The notes under the pieces were generated by a model. That model was not told the origin of the DNA and searched no databases. It saw nothing but the letters and a program-made list of their open reading frames with translations. A DNA stretch of 64,000 nucleotides from Eubacteriales bacterium. Its GTDB lineage: Bacteria > Bacillota > Clostridia > Oscillospirales > CAG-272. The stretch is from contig JAZSBL010000030.1 in assembly GCA_045602385.1 (NCBI GenBank), positions 2,902-66,901 of the forward strand, read 5' to 3'. The number at the start of each line of letters is the position of its first letter. The stretch's first letter is position 1. Positions 8,257 to 15,747 of this stretch are shown here, one piece after another. The translations under genes were made by a program, and so were the position numbers.

Positions 8257-9723
8257 ATGCTTAAAAACTTATCTGAGGCGCAGATCAATGCGATCGTCGC
8301 AAACGTCGTCGCCGAAATGAGAAAGCCCGCCGCTCCCGCGGCACAGGCAGAAAAGAAGGCTTGGGACTCCACTCAGTATATGGGACGTAAGCTCATCGGA
8401 GTTTACGAAACCATGGAGGAGGCTATCGAGGTCGCAAACGCAGGATATACTGCAGTTCGCGCAATGAGCGTAGCGCAGAGAGAGAAGATCATTACCGCTA
8501 TAAGAGAGCTTACACGCGCAGAGGCGCAGACAATGGCGGCTCTCGGTGTTTCGGAAACAAAAATGGGCCGTGTTGACCACAAGTATGCAAAGCACGTGCT
8601 TGTTGCTGACAAGACTCCCGGAACCGAGGATATCATCGAGGAGGCTAAGACGGGCGACAGCGGTCTTACCCTCACCGAGATGGCTCCCTTCGGTGTAGTC
8701 GGTGCGATCACTCCCTCCACCAACCCTTCAGAAACAGTTATTTGTAACAGTATCGGTATGATAGCCGCAGGAAACGGCGTTGTTTTCAACCCCCACCCCG
8801 GCGCTATCGCTACCTCAAACTACGCAGTTGACCTTGTCAACCGCGCGGTTTACAGCGCGGGCGGCCCCCGCGTGCTCGTAGCGAGCGTGGTAAAGCCCAC
8901 TCTCGATACAGCAAACGTAATGTACAAGCATCCGTCAATCAAGCTTCTCGTTTGCACGGGAGGCCCCGGAGTGGTCAAAGCTGTCCTTTCCTCCGGTAAG
9001 AAGGCTATCGGCGCGGGCGCGGGTAACCCCCCCGTTATCGTCGATGACACGGCGGATATCGATAAGGCTGCAAAGGACATTATCGACGGCTGTACGTTTG
9101 ATAACAACCTTCCCTGCATCGCGGAAAAGGAAGTCTTCGTCTTTGAAAACGTCGCAGACAGACTCATCGCGGGCATGCAGAAGAACGGCTGTATAAAGCT
9201 CACTCGCGCTCAGGCGGACGAGCTTGCAAAGGTAGTTCTCGTTGAAAAGACCGACAAGTCGGGCAGAACGAAGAAGATCGTTAACCGTGACTGCGTCGGA
9301 CGTGATTGCAAGGTCATCCTTGAAAAGATCGGCATCAAGGTCGGTGACGACATAAGATGCGCTATCGCGGAGGTTCCCTTCGAGCACGAATTTGTCCAGG
9401 AGGAGCTTATGATGCCTATTCTGGGTATCGTTCGCGTCAAGGACATAGACGAAGCTATCAAGCTTGCGGTCAAGGCTGAGCACGGCAACCGCCATACAGC
9501 ACACATGCATTCCAAGAATATCGACAATCTCACGGCATTTGCACGCGCGGTTGAAACAACGATCTTCGTAAAGAATGCTCCCTCTTACGCAGGAATAGGC
9601 TTCGGCGGCGAGGGACACACGACCTTTACAATCGCAGGTCCTACCGGCGAGGGTATCACATCGGCGCGCTCCTTTACAAGAAAGCGCCGCTGCGTAATGG
9701 TCGACAGCTTCCGTATTATATAA
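8257..9723 (+). CDS. CoA-acylating aldehyde dehydrogenase (PduP/EutE family) with an N-terminal encapsulation peptide
   Basis: 488 aa. Catalytic-Cys context FDNNLPCIAEKE. N-terminal LSEAQINAIVANVVAEM followed by a Pro/Ala linker. Good RBS AAAGGAGA. Confidence 0.9.
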   Translation: MLKNLSEAQINAIVANVVAEMRKPAAPAAQAEKKAWDSTQYMGRKLIGVYETMEEAIEVANAGYTAVRAMSVAQREKIITAIRELTRAEAQTMAALGVSETKMGRVDHKYAKHVLVADKTPGTEDIIEEAKTGDSGLTLTEMAPFGVVGAITPSTNPSETVICNSIGMIAAGNGVVFNPHPGAIATSNYAVDLVNRAVYSAGGPRVLVASVVKPTLDTANVMYKHPSIKLLVCTGGPGVVKAVLSSGKKAIGAGAGNPPVIVDDTADIDKAAKDIIDGCTFDNNLPCIAEKEVFVFENVADRLIAGMQKNGCIKLTRAQADELAKVVLVEKTDKSGRTKKIVNRDCVGRDCKVILEKIGIKVGDDIRCAIAEVPFEHEFVQEELMMPILGIVRVKDIDEAIKLAVKAEHGNRHTAHMHSKNIDNLTAFARAVETTIFVKNAPSYAGIGFGGEGHTTFTIAGPTGEGITSARSFTRKRRCVMVDSFRII

Positions 9724-9762
9724 ATGGAAGCATCGCAAATTTACAGAAAGGACAGAAACAAA

Positions 9763-10989
9763 ATGGATATTACAGCTTCCCAGATCGAAAGCATAGTTCG
9801 CTCCGTGATAAGCTCCATGGGCGCAGGCGCGGCAGCTCCTAAGGCTGCAGGCGCGATCCCCACGACAGCTCGGGTTGCAATGCTTACCGGTACAAAGAAG
9901 ATTGAAGTACAAGAGCTTCCCATTCCTCCGCTCGGTGACGATGACATTCTCATCCGCGTTGAGGGTGCGGGAATCTGCGGCACAGACGTCCACGAATGGA
10001 AATCCGACCCGTTCGGCCTTATACCCGTTATCCTCGGTCACGAGGGCACCGGTGAGGTCGTTGCAGTCGGAAAGAACATCAAGGTCGACACCGCAGGAAA
10101 GCCTCTCGGAGTTGGCGACAAGATCGTTACCTCTGTTATCAGCTGCGGCGAATGCTACGCATGCCGCATGGTTCCCGGAAGAACCAACCTCTGTGACAAT
10201 CAGGGCGTTTTCGGACTTATCGGTGACAAGAGAGGTCAGAACGAGGGCAACCGCGTAAACGGTTGGTTCGCAGATTACATGGTCATCAAGGGCGGCCTCG
10301 GCGCTACATATTTCCAGGTCAACGAGCTTGACTTAAAGCAGAGAATGATCCTTGAGCTTGCTTGCGTTTGCGTTCACGCGCTTGAGAGAGGTCAGAAGAC
10401 AGGTCTTCTCAACTTTGGCTCCAAGGTTCTCGTTCAGGGCTGCGGACCTGTTGGTCTTGTTATGATCACGGTTCTCCGCGCTGCAGGTATCAACCACATC
10501 ATTGCGGTTGACGGTAACGAGGACAGACTTAAGGTTGCAGAGAAGATGGGCGCTAAGACGACTATCTGCTTCCGCCGTCCTGATGAGGACACTCTTGATA
10601 AGAGAGTCGCTAAGGTTAAAGCTATCGCTAACGGCGTTGGCGTTGACTTCGCTTACCAGTGCACAGGTGCTCCTGTTGCAGCTGCAGATATTTACAGCTA
10701 CATCCGCCGTGGCGGCGGCATGTGCGAAATGGGCTTCTTCGTAAACAACGGCGAGTATCAGGTCAACCCCCACCTCGCTATGTGTAACAAGGAGATAGAC
10801 ATCGTAGGCTCATGGGACTACTCCGCAGAGGATTACCCCAAGACAGTGGCATTCCTCAAGCAGTGCCGCGAGATGAATATCCCGATCGAGGATCTCATTA
10901 CTCACTCCTTCCCCCTCGACAAGATGAACGAGGCTATGGAAACAAATGTTGCTCAGGCAGGAATCAAGATCTGCTACATCAACGAGTAA
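9763..10989 (+). CDS. zinc-dependent medium-chain alcohol dehydrogenase with an N-terminal encapsulation peptide
   Basis: MDR motifs GICGTDVHEW, GHEGTGEVV and structural-zinc CGECYACR...NLC. ATG 9763 is preferred over 9724 because of the AAAGGA RBS. N-terminus ITASQIESIVRSVISSM plus an Ala/Gly/Pro linker. Confidence 0.85.
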   Translation: MDITASQIESIVRSVISSMGAGAAAPKAAGAIPTTARVAMLTGTKKIEVQELPIPPLGDDDILIRVEGAGICGTDVHEWKSDPFGLIPVILGHEGTGEVVAVGKNIKVDTAGKPLGVGDKIVTSVISCGECYACRMVPGRTNLCDNQGVFGLIGDKRGQNEGNRVNGWFADYMVIKGGLGATYFQVNELDLKQRMILELACVCVHALERGQKTGLLNFGSKVLVQGCGPVGLVMITVLRAAGINHIIAVDGNEDRLKVAEKMGAKTTICFRRPDEDTLDKRVAKVKAIANGVGVDFAYQCTGAPVAAADIYSYIRRGGGMCEMGFFVNNGEYQVNPHLAMCNKEIDIVGSWDYSAEDYPKTVAFLKQCREMNIPIEDLITHSFPLDKMNEAMETNVAQAGIKICYINE

Positions 10990-11004
10990 TAAGAGGGCGC
11001 AAGC

Positions 11005-11337
11005 ATGGCAGCTCTCGGTATGATAGAGGTCTACGGCTACACGACCTCAATAGTTGTTGCTGACGTCGTTGCTAAGACGGCTGACGTAAAAGTAGTAGCC
11101 ATTGACAAGAACAAGCCTGCAAATGCAGATGCTTGTCCCGTACCGCTCGTTATGGTAGTCAAGTTTGTTGGTAACGCTGGCGCAGTTCAGTCTGCGCACG
11201 ACGCGGGTGTTGCCGAGGCGGAGCGCCGCGGACTTTACATCACGTCAAAGGTTATCGCAGGCCTTGACGATCAGGTTCAGTGGTTTGCAGAGCTTACCGC
11301 AACGGGCAAGGATAAATTCCGAAATCTCGACAAATAA
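11005..11337 (+). CDS. divergent BMC-H shell protein with an insertion in the pore loop
   Basis: 110 aa. BMC-domain start ALGMIEVYGY...VVADVVAKTADVKVV. Where canonical hexamers have EKIGSG, this one has DKNKPANADACPVP. Confidence 0.75.
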   Translation: MAALGMIEVYGYTTSIVVADVVAKTADVKVVAIDKNKPANADACPVPLVMVVKFVGNAGAVQSAHDAGVAEAERRGLYITSKVIAGLDDQVQWFAELTATGKDKFRNLDK

Positions 11338-11391
11338 GTCGAAGAAACAAAATTATAAAAAAATAATTGAAAATAAAAGGAGAACACACTC

Positions 11392-11667
11392 ATGAATGAA
11401 GCACTTGGAATGGTAGAGACCAGAGGACTTGTAGCTGCTATCGAGGCAGCAGATGCTATGGTAAAGGCAGCGAACGTACAGCTTATCGGCTCCGAGAAGA
11501 TCGGTAGCGGACTCGTAAGCGTTATGGTTCGCGGCGACGTTGGCGCAGTTAAGGCTGCTGTTGAGGCAGGCGGCGCAGCTGCAGCTCGTCTTGGCGAGGT
11601 TGTTGCAACTCACGTTATTCCCCGCCCCCACACCGACGTTAACAAGCTTCTCCCCACACTTGGTTAA
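11392..11667 (+). CDS. BMC-H shell protein (PduA/EutM-like), copy 1
   Basis: 91 aa. [27 protein letters not shown]...[26 protein letters not shown] is a canonical Pfam00936-type hexamer sequence. Confidence 0.92.
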   Translation: MNEALGMVETRGLVAAIEAADAMVKAANVQLIGSEKIGSGLVSVMVRGDVGAVKAAVEAGGAAAARLGEVVATHVIPRPHTDVNKLLPTLG

Positions 11668-11668
11668 G

Positions 11669-11714
11669 TAAAAGTGAAGAGTGAAAAGTGAAGAGTTAAT
11701 GCTTCGCTTTTCAC
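11669..11714 (+). other. Tandem 13-14 nt direct repeat plus a 13-bp stem-loop right after a shell gene
   Basis: AAAAGTGAAGAG occurs twice. GTGAAAAGTGAAG (11681-11693) pairs with CTTCGCTTTTCAC (11702-11714) with one mismatch. There is no U-tract. Confidence 0.45.
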
Positions 11715-11744
11715 TCCCCAAATTACTTATTAAGGAGAAAAACT

Positions 11745-12029
11745 ATGGAAAACGCTATCGCTTTGCTTGAGGTTCAAGCTATGGTAACGGCTATCGTCGG
11801 TCTTGACGCAATGGTCAAGGCGGCGAACGTCAAGCTTATCCACGTTGAAAAGCGTCTTGGCGGCAGACTCGTAACAGTTGTTGTCGAGGGTTCTGTTTCC
11901 GCAGTTACCGCCGCTCTTGAGGCAGGCGTTGAGGCGGCAAAGACCGTTGGCAACGTTGCATGCGCAGAGGTTATCGCTCGTCCGCACGCAGACATCGTGA
12001 GATTTATCAAAACAGATAAGGGCGTTTAA
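11745..12029 (+). CDS. BMC-H shell protein
   Basis: 94 aa. [28 protein letters not shown]...RLVTVVVEGSVSAVTAALEAG is a BMC domain. Confidence 0.9.
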   Translation: MENAIALLEVQAMVTAIVGLDAMVKAANVKLIHVEKRLGGRLVTVVVEGSVSAVTAALEAGVEAAKTVGNVACAEVIARPHADIVRFIKTDKGV

Positions 12030-12118
12030 TTTTCCCTTATCCAAACACAAAAATTAATCGGGAAATCCCGAATAATCTAAATTTTTAAAAATTTTTATCC
12101 AAAAAGGAGAATTTTACT

Positions 12119-12394
12119 ATGAATGAAGCTCTTGGAATGGTAGAGACCAGAGGACTTGTAGCTGCTATCGAGGCAGCAGATGCTATGGTTAAGGCAGCAA
12201 ACGTACAGCTTATCGGCTCCGAGAAGATCGGTAGCGGACTCGTAAGCGTTATGGTTCGCGGCGACGTTGGTGCAGTTAAGGCTGCTGTTGAGGCAGGCGG
12301 CGCAGCTGCAGCAAACCTCGGTGAGGTTGTTGCAACTCACGTTATTCCCCGTCCTCACACCGACGTTAACAAGCTTCTCCCCACACTCGGCTAA
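12119..12394 (+). CDS. BMC-H shell protein (PduA/EutM-like), copy 2
   Basis: 91 aa. The protein differs from the 11392-11667 copy at 2 adjacent residues (AARLG vs AANLG). The DNA is near-identical with scattered synonymous changes. Confidence 0.92.
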   Translation: MNEALGMVETRGLVAAIEAADAMVKAANVQLIGSEKIGSGLVSVMVRGDVGAVKAAVEAGGAAAANLGEVVATHVIPRPHTDVNKLLPTLG

Positions 12395-12423
12395 TATAAG
12401 TCGAATCGGGAAAGTCCCGGGAC

Positions 12424-12453
12424 GTGTCCTGCCCGTATTCACGGGCGGGACAC
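12424..12453 (+). other. 12-bp GC-rich stem-loop after the shell-gene block
   Basis: GTGTCCTGCCCG (12424-12435) pairs with CGGGCGGGACAC (12442-12453), loop TATTCA, no U-tract. A small CGGGA-AAG-TCCCG hairpin lies at 12407-12419. Confidence 0.5.
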
Positions 12454-12560
12454 CCCGCACCCCTTAAAATATATCTCAAATTTTCGTATATCCGCGCTCA
12501 ATGACAGCTTTGAACGTCTTTATATGAAAATTTGCGAGAATTTCTGAAAGGAGTTCTATA

Positions 12561-13232
12561 ATGAGCATATCCAATATTGAAATCGAGGCTATCGTTAAAA
12601 AGATAGTTTCCGAGATGGAGGGCAGCGGCGCAAAGACATCCGCTCCCCAGAAAACAGGCTATGAGATCCCCGTAGGCATCTCCAATCGCCACATTCATCT
12701 TTCACAAGAGCATCTTGAAATACTTTTTGGCAAGGGTTATTCCCTTACCCACCTAAAGGATCTCTCCCAGCCCGGTCAGTACGCATGCAAGGAGACTCTT
12801 ACTATCGTAGGTCCTTCAATGCGCTCTATCGAGGGAGTCCGTGTTCTCGGCCCTGTCCGCCGCGCGAGCCAGGTCGAGATCTCGGTTACAGATTCATATA
12901 TCCTTAAGGTCAAGCCCCCCGTACGCGAGTCGGGCAAGATAGCAGGCTCTGCCCCCGTTACCATTATTGGTCCTAAGGGCATAGTTCAGCTCTCCGAGGG
13001 TTGTATCATCGCAAACAGACACATTCATATGTCCCCCGACGATGCCGCTCACTTTGGCGTTAAGGATGGAGACTATATCGATGTTGACGCGATGAGCGGA
13101 ACAAAGCGCACACGCTGGTTTGACGTCCAGGTCCGCGTTCACAAGGATTTCCGTCTTGAAATGCACGTCGACACAGACGATGCAAACGCAGTAGGCTTCA
13201 AGAACGGCTCCACCGTAGTTCCCGTTAAGTAA
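12561..13232 (+). CDS. pduL: phosphate propanoyltransferase (PduL-type phosphotransacylase) with an N-terminal encapsulation peptide
   Basis: 223 aa. The two PduL repeat signatures GISNRHIHLS and IANRHIHMS are present. N-terminus ISNIEIEAIVKKIVSEM plus a linker. Confidence 0.9.
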   Translation: MSISNIEIEAIVKKIVSEMEGSGAKTSAPQKTGYEIPVGISNRHIHLSQEHLEILFGKGYSLTHLKDLSQPGQYACKETLTIVGPSMRSIEGVRVLGPVRRASQVEISVTDSYILKVKPPVRESGKIAGSAPVTIIGPKGIVQLSEGCIIANRHIHMSPDDAAHFGVKDGDYIDVDAMSGTKRTRWFDVQVRVHKDFRLEMHVDTDDANAVGFKNGSTVVPVK

Positions 13233-13253
13233 TATTAAATGAGGTAATATAAG

Positions 13254-13514
13254 ATGTTAAGAGGAAAAGTAATAGGAAATATCGTATCTACGAATAAGCT
13301 TGACAAGCTCGTTGGCTTCAAGTTTCTTGAGATCCAGCTCATCGAGAACACGCAGCTGACCGACAAATACATAGTTGCGGTAGACCGCACTGTAAGCGCG
13401 GGAATCGGTGAAGAAGTTCTTATCACAACGGGAAGCGGAGCAAGAATGGCTCTTTGCGACGAGAACTGCCCTATCGACGCAGTTGTTGTCGGTGTTGTTG
13501 ATAAAAAACAGTAA
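13254..13514 (+). CDS. pduN: BMC-P vertex pentamer (EutN/PduN/CcmL family)
   Basis: 86 aa. MLRGKVIGNIVSTNK...FLEIQ...AVDRTVSAGIGEEVLITTGSGAR fits the EutN/CcmL fold pattern. Confidence 0.9.
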   Translation: MLRGKVIGNIVSTNKLDKLVGFKFLEIQLIENTQLTDKYIVAVDRTVSAGIGEEVLITTGSGARMALCDENCPIDAVVVGVVDKKQ

Positions 13515-13600
13515 TACGCCTGATCTCAAGCCGTTTTTAAGACTTGATATCATTAAAAATCAGCACAAAACCGCATGTGAGCGGTGAAAGGTATACGCGA

Positions 13601-14923
13601 ATGTCAATCACTGAAATCAAATCATTACTGCAAAACGCAGGCGTCGTAGGCGCAGGAGGCGCAGGCTTCCCCACCTACGCAAAGCTCTCTGAGGATGCAG
13701 ATATCCTTTGCATCAACGCCGCAGAGTGCGAGCCTCTGATCTACACCGACTTGACTATATCCCGTGAGGAAATGGCTAAGGTTGCGCGTGGAGCAGAGCT
13801 TATCATGGAAGCAACCAACATAAAGCATACATATCTTGCGATCAAGGGCTACCGCGCAGAGGCTATCGGCTATTCTGACGGTGAAGCTGTTGGCAAGAAC
13901 GTCACAATCAAATATCTTCCCAGCATCTATCCTATCGGAGATGAAATCGGTCTTATCTATGAGGCAACGGGCCGTCTTGTAAGACCCGGCAATCTCCCGA
14001 TCACCGCAGGCGTTATCGTTATGAACGCAGAAACGGTTTATAACGCATGCGAGGCAATCGAGTCGGGCAAGCCCGTTATCGAAAAATGGATCACCATCGG
14101 CGGAGACGTTCCGGAGAAGATAGCATTTAAGGCTCCTGTCGGAATGAAGATCTCCGAGATATTCAAGAAGCTCGGTGTAAAGGTCGACGAGAACCACTCG
14201 GTAATCGACGGCGGTCCGTCTATGGGTAATATTATCAATCCCGACCGCGCGGTAGTAAGAAAGACAACAAAATCGCTTCTTATTCTTCCCAATAACACGC
14301 GCGCGATCGAGGGCAAGCAGATAAGCATGGATGACATGCTCCGCAGAGCGGCTTCGGCTTGCTGCGGATGCACGCGTTGTACCGAAATGTGCCCCCGTCA
14401 CCAGCTTGGTTATCCTATCGAGCCCCACAAGATGATCCGCGCAGCCCTTAACACCGTTGTTGAGGATCACCCCGAGCTTGTAGCAACCGCCTCGCTTTGC
14501 TGCTCTTGCGGCGTTTGCGCAGAGGTGTGCTGCCAGAACATCTCCCCCAAGGACGTTATTCTCAGCCTCAAGAAGGTTCTTGCAAAGAACAAGATCAGGT
14601 TCGTGGCGGACAAGGATTACCCCGTAAATCCCGACCGTCCTTACAGACTTATAAAGTCAAGCAAATGGAGCGATATGCTCGGCGTGCTTAAATTTGACAA
14701 GATCCCGACTTATCTCCCCAAGGCTCTCACCGCATCCCGTGTTGAGATCGCCATGTCACAGCATATCGGGGCGCCCTCCGTTCCTTCTGTGAGCGTTGGA
14801 GACACAGTAAAGGCGGGCGATCTTATCGCGAATGCAGGCGCGGGACTTTCGGTTCCCCAGTACGCTTCGATCTCGGGCAAGGTAATATCCGTTGATCCCA
14901 CAAAGATCGTTATCGAGGCATAA
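13601..14923 (+). CDS. pduS: PduS/RnfC-like Fe-S flavoprotein
   Basis: GVVGAGGAGFPTYAKL (RnfC/PduS NADH-binding signature). Two 4Fe-4S motifs: CCGCTRCTEMCP and CCSCGVCAEVCC. ATG 13601 is preferred to the upstream alternative start at 13544. Confidence 0.8.
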   Translation: MSITEIKSLLQNAGVVGAGGAGFPTYAKLSEDADILCINAAECEPLIYTDLTISREEMAKVARGAELIMEATNIKHTYLAIKGYRAEAIGYSDGEAVGKNVTIKYLPSIYPIGDEIGLIYEATGRLVRPGNLPITAGVIVMNAETVYNACEAIESGKPVIEKWITIGGDVPEKIAFKAPVGMKISEIFKKLGVKVDENHSVIDGGPSMGNIINPDRAVVRKTTKSLLILPNNTRAIEGKQISMDDMLRRAASACCGCTRCTEMCPRHQLGYPIEPHKMIRAALNTVVEDHPELVATASLCCSCGVCAEVCCQNISPKDVILSLKKVLAKNKIRFVADKDYPVNPDRPYRLIKSSKWSDMLGVLKFDKIPTYLPKALTASRVEIAMSQHIGAPSVPSVSVGDTVKAGDLIANAGAGLSVPQYASISGKVISVDPTKIVIEA

Positions 14924-14974
14924 AAAAGACTAACAGAACTTATTTACATAGACAAAGAAAGGTATTGCACAAAA

Positions 14975-15520
14975 ATGTATCAGGCAGTTGGTGTAATTGA
15001 ACTTAAAAGTATATCCAAGGGCATCGAGGCTACAGATGCCGCCCTCAAAAGCGCAGGCGTAACTCTTGTTTCGGCTCGCGCCGCTTGTCCCGGTAAGTTT
15101 GAGATCATTCTCACGGGTACAATTTCAAACGTAACAAGCGCGGTTGACCACGTAAAGAGCCGCTTTGAGGATAAGCTTGTTGACGTATCGGTAATGGGCC
15201 GCATTGACGAGCAGGTAATTACCGCTCTCTTCGGTACTGTTCTTTCCGAAAAGAAAGGAAGCCTTGGCGTTATCGAGACCTTCTCCGCCGCTTCCATTAT
15301 CAAGGCTGCGGATATCGCAGTCAAGACCGCGCGTGTTGAGATATTCGAGCTTCGCGCATCCCGCGGCATGGGCGGTAAGGGCATCTGCCTTTTGACCGGT
15401 GAGGTTGGAGACGTAACAGCCGCAGTTGAGGCAGGCGCGCAGCACGCAAAGGATCAGGGCGTTTTCTGCAACTCCTCCGTCATAGCAGCTCCCCACGAGC
15501 TTCTCTGGAATCAGATCTAA
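14975..15520 (+). CDS. pduT: BMC-T tandem-domain shell protein (PduT-like) with Cys38
   Basis: 181 aa with two BMC domains (VGVIELKS... and LGVIETFS...). Cys38 sits in ARAACPGKF, the position I recall as the [4Fe-4S] pore ligand of PduT. Confidence 0.85.
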   Translation: MYQAVGVIELKSISKGIEATDAALKSAGVTLVSARAACPGKFEIILTGTISNVTSAVDHVKSRFEDKLVDVSVMGRIDEQVITALFGTVLSEKKGSLGVIETFSAASIIKAADIAVKTARVEIFELRASRGMGGKGICLLTGEVGDVTAAVEAGAQHAKDQGVFCNSSVIAAPHELLWNQI

Positions 15521-15560
15521 TTAGTCACTCCACGGCAACGTCTGTTTGGAAGTTTTCGCT

Positions 15561-15706
15561 CAAGCCTTTTTCAAAAGGCTTGGCTGAGCCGCCGAGCACG
15601 GCGGTCGCTCGTCGCAACGAGCGAAACTCCTAATCGTTCGAAAGCGCCACGAGGGGTGAATTTCGGCACTGCCGAAAGAGGGGAACACACAAGTGGGGGT
15701 TCCCCT
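15561..15706 (+). other. Highly structured GC-rich intra-operon spacer with at least five consecutive stem-loops
   Basis: Hairpins at 15561-15582, 15589-15604, 15605-15624, 15662-15676 and 15679-15706, within a 227-nt gap between pduT and the GRE gene. Confidence 0.5.
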
Positions 15707-15747
15707 GTCCAAAACACCCGCTAACATTCTCTCCAAAGGAGATTAAC

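Noticed and set aside
8935-10041. 368-aa ORF on the minus strand, plus several 100-130-aa ORFs, antisense to the aldehyde dehydrogenase and Zn-ADH genes
   Set aside because: It lies entirely within, and antisense to, two genes with strong family motifs and RBSs. Its translation is Cys/Arg/Leu/Val-rich with no recognisable motif, which is typical of a shadow ORF.
15521-15747. Structured spacer as a tRNA, known riboswitch or CRISPR fragment
   Set aside because: It has no cloverleaf or anticodon architecture, no conserved riboswitch core that I can recognise (B12, TPP, SAM, FMN, purine, glycine), and the hairpins are not identical repeats separated by spacers.
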